Shown here piece by piece: positions 19,613-29,676 of a stretch of 37,560 bases of DNA (positions are counted from its first letter, which is position 1; every line of letters begins with the position of its first letter). This DNA comes from a virus (Duplodnaviria; Caudoviricetes). The notes beneath the pieces were generated by a model. It was not told the DNA's origin. It worked only from the letters and a program-made list of their open reading frames with translations, and searched no databases. The translations under genes were made by a program, and so were the position numbers. The stretch covers positions 1-37,560 of IMG/VR virus record IMGVR_UViG_3300022562_000053; one strand, 5' to 3'.

Positions 19613-20692
19613 TTACGTAGTTCTATTGATTTTGATGTCGGCGTCGTTGGCAGCCGAAGGTAGCCAATACGTACTAGTCTTTGGATCGGCCTCGAAGACG
19701 TCTTTCCAGTAGGATTGAGACGTAGTGATAGGCCTGTCTGCTCCGTCTACTGTAGCAGGAGTTCCGCTAGGATCAGACACAAGAGATACCTGAAGAGAGC
19801 CGTCACCGCCGTCGCTCTTACCTGCTCTGACATAGGTTAGCAAGGCCTTGACAGATGTGACCGTACTAGGCAGATTAGACAGGCTTCCCTGATAGGCTGC
19901 TGGAATAGGAGAGTCTGCCGCCGAGATATACTGAGAATCGACGGGAGGGATATTATCAAGAATCTGATAACCGGTAGTACCTGTCGAGGGAGTCCAGTTC
20001 AGGGAGGTATCACCAGTTGGTGACAGCGTAGTAACAAAGACAGAGCCTAGGAAGTCAGTATTCAAAGTACCAGATGTATCCCAGACTACGAAGTCTTTCC
20101 AGTAGCATTCCATAACCACGGACGAGCCATAGTCTTTTGCTCCGACTGATACCTGAGCTATCGGGGAAGTTCCGGTGTTAAGACTGGTTTCAGAGATGAC
20201 GGTATCTCCCTCTACCCTTACTTCTACCGTACCAACAGTGGCACTGATCGAGACTTTCGCCTCGACATGATACCAAGACCCTGCCGCAACGACAGGACCG
20301 GTGGTTCCACCCAAGAGGGTACCGTTAGCGAGCTTGACTTGGATAGCACCAGTAGTTGTGACATACAAGTACATGATTACGTTATTGAGGGCGTCTCGGA
20401 AGGCATAACCCGGTCCGTATCCGCCTAAGACGAAACCATCTACAAAAGGTAGAGCAGGCATATACAGACGACCTGCCAATCCAAGAGTAGTCACAGACGA
20501 TGGAAGGGCTAGGCGGGCACCGAAAGAACCGCCTTTGGTATGAAGGGTATAACCAGACGACACCCCGTCTGGATCGGGAGAAAGGAACACCGTAGTTCCA
20601 TCCAGTCCGCTGATTTCGGAGTAGACACCATCAGTCATAAAGGAGGTGTCAGTCCCATAGATTGAGAAATTATCTGCATGTAGGATTGCCAT
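19613..20692 (-). CDS. Beta-sandwich (concanavalin A-like) tail-associated protein
   Basis: WYHVEAKV...GTVEVRVEG and Thr/Ser/Gly-rich composition, inside the tail module. Confidence 0.6.
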   Translation of the reverse strand: MAILHADNFSIYGTDTSFMTDGVYSEISGLDGTTVFLSPDPDGVSSGYTLHTKGGSFGARLALPSSVTTLGLAGRLYMPALPFVDGFVLGGYGPGYAFRDALNNVIMYLYVTTTGAIQVKLANGTLLGGTTGPVVAAGSWYHVEAKVSISATVGTVEVRVEGDTVISETSLNTGTSPIAQVSVGAKDYGSSVVMECYWKDFVVWDTSGTLNTDFLGSVFVTTLSPTGDTSLNWTPSTGTTGYQILDNIPPVDSQYISAADSPIPAAYQGSLSNLPSTVTSVKALLTYVRAGKSDGGDGSLQVSLVSDPSGTPATVDGADRPITTSQSYWKDVFEADPKTSTYWLPSAANDADIKINRTT

Positions 20693-20702
20693 ATCTGACT
20701 CC

Positions 20703-21965
20703 TTAGATATTCTGTGTAGCGATGGCTACTCTGATTTGTTCTTCTATGCCGGGGTTAGAGATACGTTGGGGGGTGCCACCTCTGACAAGAAAGACTCCGC
20801 CGTCTCCGTCTACTACCACCATACTCTCATGGATGGCGAGGCCGGTGCTTTTCCAAGACCCACGATCAAGGACTATACCCTGAAGCCTACGCATAGGGGC
20901 TGTGAGATCGCCGGTGACATACCATACCTCGGTAGTGCTTTCACCCGGAAGCCAGAACTGGTCGCCAAATACTTGTACGCCATAGATGGCATCAGGAGAG
21001 CGTTCGGCAGTGGCATAGTTGAGGGGATCAACCGACGTCTCTCCCGGATCAATCCAATAGAAACGTCCTTGGTATCCGTTGTCTTGTACTGGGACTACGA
21101 TGACATAGGAGTTGATGACTGCTACGTCGATAACACCCTGATCGTCAGGCATATAGACTTGACTGATAGTGGGTGATCCACCACCAGTAAGGGTTCCTCC
21201 GTTCGACCAAGCCAAGGAAGCCCCTGTCTCGGTAGTGACGATTCCATTGCCGGGAGCGCCAGCAGTCCTAGCCCTTACGGCAGACAGCGTAGAGGTATAT
21301 CCGGTCGCCAACACCAAGGGATGAGCCGTCAGGGATGTCGAATAGTCTGTTCCGGGAGTACCCGAGGCATTGACTGCATAGTAGAGACTTGCAAAAGCCT
21401 CTGTAGTGGTAGTACCTAGATTGATAAGCCAAGGATTACTTGATGTCCCGTCTGGAGTACCTGAATCGACAGAGCCAGAGGTATATTCGTAATAGACGTC
21501 ACCGATGCGTACCTGATCGGTATCGGCAGGAGTTCCGGTGAGAGAGTTAAGGGCGTAGCCATTCCCGACATAGACTAGAAGGGTTGCGCCGTCTGTGATG
21601 AAACAATACTCAGGTGTATTTCCGATGACTGCCGTGATAGCCATGTTGACAAAACCCTTATCCGGGTTAGTCAGGGCGTTATACACCAACGTAGAGTTGA
21701 GTAGGTTATCCATCCTATACAATTCAGCGCCAGAGGCAACGAAGAGATCGCCTGAGAAGGAGCCAGCCTCCGAGGCTAGTCCACGGATAGGACCACTACC
21801 TACAGAGGTGAGTTTCTTCATTCCGGGTCGAGCCAGAAGGGCTGATCCGTCATCACTTAGGGAAGGGTTCTGCTCGAAGTACCTATTCTTTAGGAGTAGA
21901 TCGGCTTCGTCAGCAACCTGTCGGCGGTAGTCGTCTGTATTGAAATTTACTCTTACCATGGCCAT
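20703..21965 (-). CDS. P22 gp10-like tail hub protein, N-terminal half with inserted domain
   Basis: RPG..KL....GPIRG...LFVASG; ATAERSPD...FWLPG..TTEVW...G; PQRISNPGIEEQI. Confidence 0.78.
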   Translation of the reverse strand: MAMVRVNFNTDDYRRQVADEADLLLKNRYFEQNPSLSDDGSALLARPGMKKLTSVGSGPIRGLASEAGSFSGDLFVASGAELYRMDNLLNSTLVYNALTNPDKGFVNMAITAVIGNTPEYCFITDGATLLVYVGNGYALNSLTGTPADTDQVRIGDVYYEYTSGSVDSGTPDGTSSNPWLINLGTTTTEAFASLYYAVNASGTPGTDYSTSLTAHPLVLATGYTSTLSAVRARTAGAPGNGIVTTETGASLAWSNGGTLTGGGSPTISQVYMPDDQGVIDVAVINSYVIVVPVQDNGYQGRFYWIDPGETSVDPLNYATAERSPDAIYGVQVFGDQFWLPGESTTEVWYVTGDLTAPMRRLQGIVLDRGSWKSTGLAIHESMVVVDGDGGVFLVRGGTPQRISNPGIEEQIRVAIATQNI

Positions 21966-22732
21966 CCCTTGTCAAACATAGAAGTCGGGTTATATAGCCA
22001 GTCGCTATTACCCCAAAGATATCGATCACTCGATACGATAGGAGAACGAATAAGCGCCAACTCAGAACGCTGTGGCACATTCTGTTTATAACGGGCACGG
22101 AGTTGGTTACGGCTACGGCTAAAACTAGCCTGAGCCTGTTCATCTACGGTTTGACCATACGACGGATTAAGCTCCATCGCCAATCCGATGATGAAGAAGT
22201 TATCAAATTCCTCTGGAAAGGGGAAGGTGTCAGATGTAGCCAGAGGGGCATACTTCTGCCAGTTTCCTAGATCGGCTCGATAGAACCATTCTGCGTCATA
22301 TCCAGCAGTGTTGATCCCCAAGGTTGTGGCACCTTCAAACAGTCTGCCATTTCCATAGATCGTGACTGGATAGGTATCGAGATTGTTTGATGCATCTATC
22401 AGGGCAAACCTCGTGCCATCGTCAGGGTCTGGATGTAGGTATAGGTTGATACTAGACGTAAGGTTTAGGATAGTCCTTATATTCTTAGGTACGAACCAAT
22501 CATTAGAGGGTTCATTGCCCCACCAAGGATATCCACCCGGACGTGAGATGTTGTTGGAACCTAGAGGAAAGGCAGTCAACTGGTTACCAGCCTCGTTACC
22601 AAACACCGACTTAACCAGACGGTTTAGATACCTCAAGGCTTCAGTCTGCTGAGCCGTGGTAGGATCAGTACCTATAGAGACGAGATTACTCTTACGGTAT
22701 GCATCAGTGATGATTTGAGAGACTGTAGTCAT
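21953..22732 (-). CDS. Head-tail adaptor (P22 gp4-like)
   Basis: TVSQIITDAYR...ALRYLN..., FPFPEEF...LAMELNPSYG. Confidence 0.75.
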   Translation of the reverse strand: MTTVSQIITDAYRKSNLVSIGTDPTTAQQTEALRYLNRLVKSVFGNEAGNQLTAFPLGSNNISRPGGYPWWGNEPSNDWFVPKNIRTILNLTSSINLYLHPDPDDGTRFALIDASNNLDTYPVTIYGNGRLFEGATTLGINTAGYDAEWFYRADLGNWQKYAPLATSDTFPFPEEFDNFFIIGLAMELNPSYGQTVDEQAQASFSRSRNQLRARYKQNVPQRSELALIRSPIVSSDRYLWGNSDWLYNPTSMFDKGWPW

Positions 22733-22734
22733 TA

Positions 22735-23277
22735 TTACCTCGCTTGATGAGTCCTAGTAAGGACATATCGGATGTCGTAGATATCACAGGTTCCGTCAGC
22801 TCTGACTTTTACGACACCTCCGTTACTTTGCCAAGTATCAAGGGTGTAACCATCTACTGTGAAATTAACAGGGCGTTCTACGCCATTACCCTTTGGGAAG
22901 GTGATGATACGACGATAGAGTTCGCCTACAGAGCCACCGATGTCGATCCAACATTCTAGATAGGTAGTAGACCCACTAGAAGGTTTTGCCTTGAAGTCGA
23001 TAGTGATAGACAGGCCGTCTCCGTTACGACCAGTGATATAAGTTCCGTCATAGAAGGTAGTAACATCTTGTGGTTTCTGAGTCTCGATGACAGTCGTTTT
23101 ATCATTCGGTAGGTTTGTATCTGTGTTGGCAGCCAGAGCAAAAGGAGATGCCGAGGTATAAGTACCGTCGGTGTAATTACCCCAACCTGTTCCGTTTGCA
23201 CGACCTACCAAAGAGTTGATAAGAGAGCGTACCAGACTAAAGGCTGATCCGTCTGCGAATGTACTAAGAAAAGCCAT
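22735..23277 (-). CDS. Hypothetical virion protein
   Basis: In-operon ORF, beta-rich. Confidence 0.7.
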   Translation of the reverse strand: MAFLSTFADGSAFSLVRSLINSLVGRANGTGWGNYTDGTYTSASPFALAANTDTNLPNDKTTVIETQKPQDVTTFYDGTYITGRNGDGLSITIDFKAKPSSGSTTYLECWIDIGGSVGELYRRIITFPKGNGVERPVNFTVDGYTLDTWQSNGGVVKVRADGTCDIYDIRYVLTRTHQAR

Positions 23278-23384
23278 TAGATATCACTCCACGTATTTAA
23301 ATCGTTCCATAAAGTTGCATCTACCCAGATATTCTCTAGAAGAGAACGTAAAGCGGAAAATACGTTACTCCATGTACAAATCAC
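23277..23384 (-). CDS. 35-aa Trp-rich microprotein (not in ORF track)
   Basis: GTGA overlap upstream and TAATG overlap downstream: MICTWSNVFSALRSLLENIWVDATLWNDLNTWSDI. Confidence 0.65.
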   Translation of the reverse strand: MICTWSNVFSALRSLLENIWVDATLWNDLNTWSDI

Positions 23385-23653
23385 GTCACACCGAGTACGC
23401 CAGCACCGCTAGAGGCGGTAGTGACAGTCCCTCCATTTTTGGATAGGTAGAAAGGCATAGGATAGTAGACACCCGCCGTTACGGCTAGTGCATTGATTAC
23501 GGTATAGGCGTCTTTGCCGTCACCGGCGTTGGCAGTGACAGTGACAGTACCAGACGCGGTACAAAGGAAGCCGCCGATGGCATTCCCATTAATTACTTCA
23601 GTGCTATCAGCCGCAACAACGAGCGGATTATAGCGTTCTGTGATGATCGACAT
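23381..23653 (-). CDS. Small virion protein (possible head decoration)
   Basis: Directly follows the coat gene, AAGGAGG SD, small beta-rich protein. Confidence 0.7.
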   Translation of the reverse strand: MSIITERYNPLVVAADSTEVINGNAIGGFLCTASGTVTVTANAGDGKDAYTVINALAVTAGVYYPMPFYLSKNGGTVTTASSGAGVLGVT

Positions 23654-23667
23654 ATTGCCTCCTTAAG

Positions 23668-23704
23668 AAAAAAGCCGAGGGTTTGTATCAGTGACCCCCG
23701 GCTT
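23668..23704 (-). terminator. Rho-independent terminator after major capsid gene
   Basis: Minus strand AAGCCGGGGGT...ACCCTCGGCTTTTTT. Confidence 0.75.
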
Positions 23705-23711
23705 AGGTAGA

Positions 23712-24992
23712 TTAGCCGTTGATACGGACGATCTTGGGACGACCGTTGGCGGCAATGTTGGCTTCGAGTGCGACGTCGAAACGGATGTCGTGCTGACCCG
23801 TCGCAAAGTCCGAGTTCTGCCACATACGGACAGAGACAGGAACCTTAGTAAGCGACTTCCGCATCGCCTTACCAGTGGCAGGCATGATGAGGTCGGCAGT
23901 GCTTACGAGGACGGCACCCTTGTTCGCAATGAAGCGAGGCTGGAGGGTAGCACCAGCCGCACCCTTATGGGTAACGGCAAGACCGTCAAGCGATCCGGTG
24001 TAGTCCACCGTCTTGTACGGACCCGAGGCGATGATAGCCGGGAAGATGCGGACGTTAGAGAACGCACCAGCCGTGGCGGTGTAATCACCGATGACACGGA
24101 ATTCCTGGAGGTGGTCCAGACGCTTCTTGGCACGATTGTCATAGGCGTACACACCCGCGATAGTGAACTGTTCACCATCAACGAGGGTGACGGAACCAGT
24201 CTGGCCATCGATATTAATCGTCTGCGTCTTGAACTGACCGGGAGCGCCCGAGATGGCAACACTTTCGTAAGTGACAGCCGACGGAGCATTCGTGACCGAG
24301 GTGGCTGTGGCGACACGGGTACCAACGGTAAGAGCCGGAAGCTGCTGGGTAAACAGAGTGTTCACACCCGCGACTTCACCCGACCAACCGCTACGGTACA
24401 CGCCTGCACCGACATCAGTCAGCGAGGCATTGTTCGAGACAACAGCCGAACCAAGAGCCTGCTTGTCACCATAGGTGAGAACAGCCCGGAGGTCCATGTC
24501 TTCTACACCCTCTTCCTTCAGACGGGTATAACCGGAGGCGACGTCATCCCAACTGGCGACGGCGGAGGTGCCATCACCAAGCCAGTTGTTACCAGCCTTG
24601 GCGGCATAACCGAGGATATAGGCGTCGATGTCGGTAGCCAGACGGAGGGCGGCAGCCTTGAGGGCTTCCGACTCACGGGCGGCACCGATGTCACGGATTT
24701 TGACGAAATCGCCCCAACCCATGCTCGAACCAATAACCTGCTTGAGCTGGTACTGTTCCGAACCGAACGTGGTATCCTGAGTACCGCCAGAGAGGTCGTT
24801 GACCGCACTCGTGGTAAAGGTCGTGGTGTAATCCGGCACAACCTGTTCAACAACAGTAAGGCCGTTACGGTCATTCATCTCGCCGTCAAACTTACGCCAA
24901 GTGACGAGGTCTGCGGAGACAAGGTTATTCTGGAAGATCGCAGCAAACGCGTTAAGCACCAGTCGCTGTTGATCTACAGTAATAGTAGTCAT
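23712..24992 (-). CDS. Major capsid protein (P22 coat protein family)
   Basis: 426 aa after the scaffold gene, GQTGSVTL.DGEQFTIAGV insertion domain, C-terminal IRFDV. Confidence 0.88.
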   Translation of the reverse strand: MTTITVDQQRLVLNAFAAIFQNNLVSADLVTWRKFDGEMNDRNGLTVVEQVVPDYTTTFTTSAVNDLSGGTQDTTFGSEQYQLKQVIGSSMGWGDFVKIRDIGAARESEALKAAALRLATDIDAYILGYAAKAGNNWLGDGTSAVASWDDVASGYTRLKEEGVEDMDLRAVLTYGDKQALGSAVVSNNASLTDVGAGVYRSGWSGEVAGVNTLFTQQLPALTVGTRVATATSVTNAPSAVTYESVAISGAPGQFKTQTINIDGQTGSVTLVDGEQFTIAGVYAYDNRAKKRLDHLQEFRVIGDYTATAGAFSNVRIFPAIIASGPYKTVDYTGSLDGLAVTHKGAAGATLQPRFIANKGAVLVSTADLIMPATGKAMRKSLTKVPVSVRMWQNSDFATGQHDIRFDVALEANIAANGRPKIVRING

Positions 24993-25029
24993 ACTAGACT
25001 ATCCTTTCATATGAGTATGAGGACAGCCT

Positions 25030-26052
25030 TTACTTTTTAAAGAACTTCTTTGCAAAGGCGTCCAAATCATCTGTCGAGTCTGGAGTCTCCGCTACTGCCG
25101 CTGCCGATCCCTTGTTACGGGGAGGAGGCGGAGGAGCCTTACTAGATTTGACAGACTTAGTGGGTTTGACCTCGTCAAAGAACTTAGACTCAATCCTTCC
25201 GAGTGCGATAGTTGCCTTCTGTGGGCCACTGTCTACAATCTTCTGGGCTTCGTCTGGGTTATTTGCGAGGTAATACAGGACGTCAGTGCCGTGGTCCATA
25301 CTCATCAACGTAGTAGCCAAGTACTCTCCGTAAGAGGCGTCGATATTTTCAAAAGTACCGAGCAGTTGCTCGCCTTTCTCATGAAAATCTGGATATCGCT
25401 CCAGAGCGGGTTCGAGCTTCTCATTCCAATTATTCTGCAACTCATTACGTACCTGATCGTATTGTTCCTTTTCCCTCGCCTGTTCGGCTTGGGTCTGGGC
25501 CTCTTCTTTGTCCTTAGCAAGATAGTACTTGGTAAGGTCTTTGAAGTAGTTGGGATCGAATTCACCCAACGGGTACTTGTCGTTGCCGTCTTCGTCTAGG
25601 TCAGACGGAGTTGGTTCGGAGGTGTTGGTACCAGCCTCAGGAGTAGGTTTAGGCTTGGTATCCTGCTTGAGATTTTGCAATTCGGCTAGGGCGGCATCAA
25701 GCCGTTCCTGTATAGAGGTTAGTTCGCGTTCTGCGACCCTCTGCTTACCTACTGCTTTATCGATACGTTCTTGGAATCGGTTCTTTTTCTTAGGCTTGAC
25801 GTCTTCGTCAGGCTCGTCGTCCTCATCCTCTGCGAGGGTATCATCCTCGTCCTCGTCGTCCTCATCAGGAGTCTCTTCGGAGGTGTCATGAGCATTATCG
25901 GGCGTATCTTCTTCGGCTTCGTCTACGTCTTCTTCCGAATTAGCCGGTTCGGGCGTAAGGTCTTCTGGGCTAAAGAAGCTCTTACTGAAGTCGTCGAGGT
26001 TGCTGTCGTCGATTACGGAATCGTCCTGCTGGACATTTGGGTCTTCACTCAT
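25030..26052 (-). CDS. Scaffolding protein
   Basis: Acidic N-terminus, RFQERID coiled coil, YYLANNPDEA..I, SKAPPPP; lies between portal and coat. Confidence 0.85.
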   Translation of the reverse strand: MSEDPNVQQDDSVIDDSNLDDFSKSFFSPEDLTPEPANSEEDVDEAEEDTPDNAHDTSEETPDEDDEDEDDTLAEDEDDEPDEDVKPKKKNRFQERIDKAVGKQRVAERELTSIQERLDAALAELQNLKQDTKPKPTPEAGTNTSEPTPSDLDEDGNDKYPLGEFDPNYFKDLTKYYLAKDKEEAQTQAEQAREKEQYDQVRNELQNNWNEKLEPALERYPDFHEKGEQLLGTFENIDASYGEYLATTLMSMDHGTDVLYYLANNPDEAQKIVDSGPQKATIALGRIESKFFDEVKPTKSVKSSKAPPPPPRNKGSAAAVAETPDSTDDLDAFAKKFFKK

Positions 26053-26070
26053 ATCAAGGTTTGCGGTCCT

Positions 26071-28260
26071 TTAACCGTTTGCGCTTCTCTGTTGCGACGG
26101 AGTTCCCGAGCCGGAAGTGCGTGTAGCTGCGGGGGTCGAGGGTTGAGTGGCCTTTTTCATGGCCACGTCATGATTGTTTTGAGCTGTTTTTATAGCCAAT
26201 TCGTGAGTACGGTCGGAATCGACACGAGAGGCGGAATGTTCTGCCTCTCCTTTTTCTCGTTCCATGTCATGCTCATCGAGCTTGGCTGAATTATCAAGAA
26301 TCGTCTTGATGGCGTCAAGTTCGAGCTGATTTCCATCGACTTCGTTATCCGAGAGGGCGCGAATACGCTGAGTCTCGGCGTTATAGATATCGACTTCGTG
26401 CTTGTCTTCCTTGGCTGCATCCTTAGCCTTGAGGAGGAAATTCTCCTGCTGTAGCTTCTGTAGCTGCTCCTGCATCTTCTGCATCTGTTGGGGATCGACC
26501 TGACTCGACTGCATACTCTGGGCAAGCCTTTCGGCAATCTTGTCGGCACCGGGCCAATCCTGAGCCTTGGCAACGAGGTCGCCTGCTACAGTCATAAGCT
26601 GAGGCCAGACTTGGATTGCATCCATCATGGCCTGACCGGCTTCAACACGACGAGTCGTATAGGAAGTACCAGTAGAGAGTGCTACATCAAACATACCAAC
26701 CGACATATCAATCGAGGAGGGATCGTAGGGATCGTTAAGTTTGACGAACTTAATCGTCTCGTCTTCTCCGATGATTCGAGTGATACGTGTTCCGTCATAA
26801 ATCTGAGGAAACAACTGGTTGATGACGTCACCGCCTTCAAGTACTGCGGCGTTGCCGTTGTCATAGAAAGTCAGTGAGGCGACATCACCCTCTCGCTGTC
26901 GGGCCTGAATAGCCCTTCCAGAAGTTTCGTTTGAACGAATACCTAGGGAGGCGTCGTGGATGCCGGTGACATCCTTCATGTCTTGGGCGTTGATCTGAGA
27001 CTCGTTGAGGAGAGCTTCCTGAGGAGCCGGAGGATCAAGACGCTGGAGATTCTGTCCGATTATGGCCTCGTCGTTGACGACGATAAGGGGATCACGCGAG
27101 AGGTGGGCCTTACGGAGAGATTCCTCATAGCCTTCTACGGCAGACTCGGTGGCAATCCACTGAGCTTTCGGGGCATATCCGAGCTGTTCGGCATTTACTG
27201 AGCGCCAGAAATTGCGGAGACGGACGGCATCCTTCATAAACCGGACTAGGCCGTGTCGGACTCGACGACCACCGATGTTGATGATACGTCCAGTCATACG
27301 AATGATAGGAAGACGATTTAGTTGGTACTCGTAAGGACCTGAGAGAATGGCAAAGCCAGTGCAGAGATGCATCTGGGCGTATGTACACCACGTCTCCCTA
27401 GTCTTGGTAGGCATACCATTCTTGGCTACGACTTCTTCGAGGTTGTTTTCATCGACTTCGAAGATTTTTCCGTTGCTGAAAAGACACATCACGCGCTTGC
27501 GCTCTACCATACGCCAGTATTCAGTCACCTGATAGGACTGGTCGTCAATCCATCCAGTCATGCTATCGGACTGGAAATCGATGTCATCCTTGAGTTCGTC
27601 GGGCTTGATGTTTTTGTACTTGCGTTTGAATTCTTTCTTGTCGATTCTGTCGTTGACGAAGACACGACGGGCGTCACGTCCTGTGGGATCGACAGAGTAC
27701 CTGTCCCAGACTACGGCGTGACAGTCCTCGATTGGCCTAAGAAAGATATCCTGATCGAATACGTTGTTACGGGCGTATTCGACAGAGACACGAAAGGCTC
27801 CGTCACCACACTGGACTACGCTCTCGAAGGCGCTGTCATAGACTCGATCTGCCCTCGATTGCATCTCGATGGATCGGATGAGATCGCCACGGACGGAGGC
27901 GACGTCTACGTCCTCGTCATTTGAGGGGACTACCTTGATGGCTTTACGAGACTCTCGCCAGTCTCCTACGAGCTGGGCAGTAAACTGAGGAATGGAGTTG
28001 ATTACTAGGCAGGGAAGGCCTTTACGTTGTTCGAGTACGATAGGGTCCCACTGCTCACCTGCCGCAAACTTCTTGTCGTCTAGGGCGGCGTCACGGTTGA
28101 ATCTGTCATAATCGAGATCGGCTCGGTATTCCTTCCTCATATCCTCTAGGAAGTCCTCGACGGAGTCGAAACCTTCGGGGACGTACTTGGTGTCGGCATT
28201 TCCCTCGATGTCGAGGGTGTCGAGGATGGTGCCGTCCTTCTTGTTTTGGTTAGGTTTCAC
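26071..28260 (-). CDS. Portal protein (P22 gp1-like)
   Basis: F.AGEQWD, PCLVIN.IP, SNETSGRAIQARQ, TTRR.EA, DWPGADKIAERL. Confidence 0.92.
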   Translation of the reverse strand: MKPNQNKKDGTILDTLDIEGNADTKYVPEGFDSVEDFLEDMRKEYRADLDYDRFNRDAALDDKKFAAGEQWDPIVLEQRKGLPCLVINSIPQFTAQLVGDWRESRKAIKVVPSNDEDVDVASVRGDLIRSIEMQSRADRVYDSAFESVVQCGDGAFRVSVEYARNNVFDQDIFLRPIEDCHAVVWDRYSVDPTGRDARRVFVNDRIDKKEFKRKYKNIKPDELKDDIDFQSDSMTGWIDDQSYQVTEYWRMVERKRVMCLFSNGKIFEVDENNLEEVVAKNGMPTKTRETWCTYAQMHLCTGFAILSGPYEYQLNRLPIIRMTGRIINIGGRRVRHGLVRFMKDAVRLRNFWRSVNAEQLGYAPKAQWIATESAVEGYEESLRKAHLSRDPLIVVNDEAIIGQNLQRLDPPAPQEALLNESQINAQDMKDVTGIHDASLGIRSNETSGRAIQARQREGDVASLTFYDNGNAAVLEGGDVINQLFPQIYDGTRITRIIGEDETIKFVKLNDPYDPSSIDMSVGMFDVALSTGTSYTTRRVEAGQAMMDAIQVWPQLMTVAGDLVAKAQDWPGADKIAERLAQSMQSSQVDPQQMQKMQEQLQKLQQENFLLKAKDAAKEDKHEVDIYNAETQRIRALSDNEVDGNQLELDAIKTILDNSAKLDEHDMEREKGEAEHSASRVDSDRTHELAIKTAQNNHDVAMKKATQPSTPAATRTSGSGTPSQQRSANG

Positions 28261-28275
28261 GTTATCTCCTAGGTG

Positions 28276-29676
28276 TTAACTTGCCATCCAACCCTGAGGG
28301 TTATATGAGGATTGTGTATCCCACTTGGTTTGTACTGTAGTGAGGGTAGGGCCTGTCTTGGTAAGACGACGACGGCCCGTTATCTTGTCGAAAATCTCTG
28401 TAAGACCCCAGACGAGGGCGTCTACCCTGTCGGGTGAGCCGTGGTCTCCTCCACGGATATTGTCGATGGAGAACTCACACATCTGGTCTTCTAGAAGGTC
28501 GTGTCGTCCGACGTGATGGACTCGTCCTTGTTCGTAGAGGGCAGAGATAGGTTCAGCCCTGATGACTTTACCTCGTGAGGCATGGACGAGTTTGACAGGG
28601 ACTGTCCTGTCTTGGGCCTTGATGACGGCTTCTACCATTAGGCCTCCCTGATTCTTTTCGGCGACGATTTTGTCGGCCTCCCATTTCCTATAGAGAGATA
28701 CCGCCTTCTTCGCCCATTCTTCGGGAGTTCCACGGAGGGAGGCGTCTTCTAGGACATAACCTCTGGCATAGCCGTCTTTGTCACGACTTAGGCCGACTAC
28801 TACGATGCCGTTCTCGTCAGATTTCTCTTCGGCTGAGGCTGCGGGATCGACTGATACCACGACACGTAGTAGGTCTTCTGGAGCTTCTGTGACTCTGTTG
28901 TTGTCTATGTCTTCTCTAGACCAGAGTGCGCCGGGGATGTCCCCAAGGATTTCTCCTTCAAGTTCCTGCCTACCGAACCGGGTTCCTCCGTATCTTTCGT
29001 ACAGGGCTTTGACGGTTGATTTGGCGAGGTTGGCCTTGTTGTCTAGGGTTGCACCCCTTGTGACGACGGTGTCGGGATCGACGACTAGTTTCTTAATCAA
29101 ATCTTTCGGCTGAGGCGTCGTAGTCACGAGCGATCTCGGGTGTTCACCGAGACGAAGGCCGAACTGGAGCTGGTCCCAGACTTCTTGGATTTTACGGAAT
29201 TTGGCAAGCTCGTCTACCCATGCGAAGTGATGCTGAGGACCACGAAGCTGATCCGGCTCGGTGGCGTTATACGCCCAAGCCTTAGAGCCATTAGGCCAAG
29301 TAATGCATCGGTTGGTAGGAGACCAACTCTCTTGATCGAGAGTGGGGTCACAACTGATGATTCCTGAATCGCCTAGGATCATGACGTCACGGGCGTCTGC
29401 CGCAGTCTCTGCCACCAAGGCGATTCTACAGCCGGGATTGTCTCTGGCAATCATCCTGATCCACTCAGAGCCAGCCCGGGTCTTACCAAAGCCTCGACCG
29501 GCGAGGATGAGCCAAGTATTCCATAGACCTTCAGGGGGTAGTTGGTTAGGTCGTGCCCAGAAATGCCAGTCGTGGTTAAGACTCGCTATTTCCTTGTCGG
29601 TTAGGGAACTCAACAACTTCTCCCTTTCCTGCGGAGGCAGCAAGGCGAGCGATTCTGCTAGTGAAGTCTGCGACAT
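28276..29676 (-). CDS. terL: Terminase large subunit
   Basis: LAGRGFGKTR Walker A, WVDE Walker B, VDPA nuclease motif, SPDRVDALVW. Probable start MSQTS at 29676. Confidence 0.95.
   Translation of the reverse strand: MSQTSLAESLALLPPQEREKLLSSLTDKEIASLNHDWHFWARPNQLPPEGLWNTWLILAGRGFGKTRAGSEWIRMIARDNPGCRIALVAETAADARDVMILGDSGIISCDPTLDQESWSPTNRCITWPNGSKAWAYNATEPDQLRGPQHHFAWVDELAKFRKIQEVWDQLQFGLRLGEHPRSLVTTTPQPKDLIKKLVVDPDTVVTRGATLDNKANLAKSTVKALYERYGGTRFGRQELEGEILGDIPGALWSREDIDNNRVTEAPEDLLRVVVSVDPAASAEEKSDENGIVVVGLSRDKDGYARGYVLEDASLRGTPEEWAKKAVSLYRKWEADKIVAEKNQGGLMVEAVIKAQDRTVPVKLVHASRGKVIRAEPISALYEQGRVHHVGRHDLLEDQMCEFSIDNIRGGDHGSPDRVDALVWGLTEIFDKITGRRRLTKTGPTLTTVQTKWDTQSSYNPQGWMAS

Noticed and set aside
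23691-25040. 449-aa + strand ORF and other long antisense ORFs (e.g. 11909-12628, 12710-13372, 15877-16506, 33236-33904)
   Set aside because: They shadow well-supported genes on the opposite strand, have no recognisable motifs, and are explained by codon bias.
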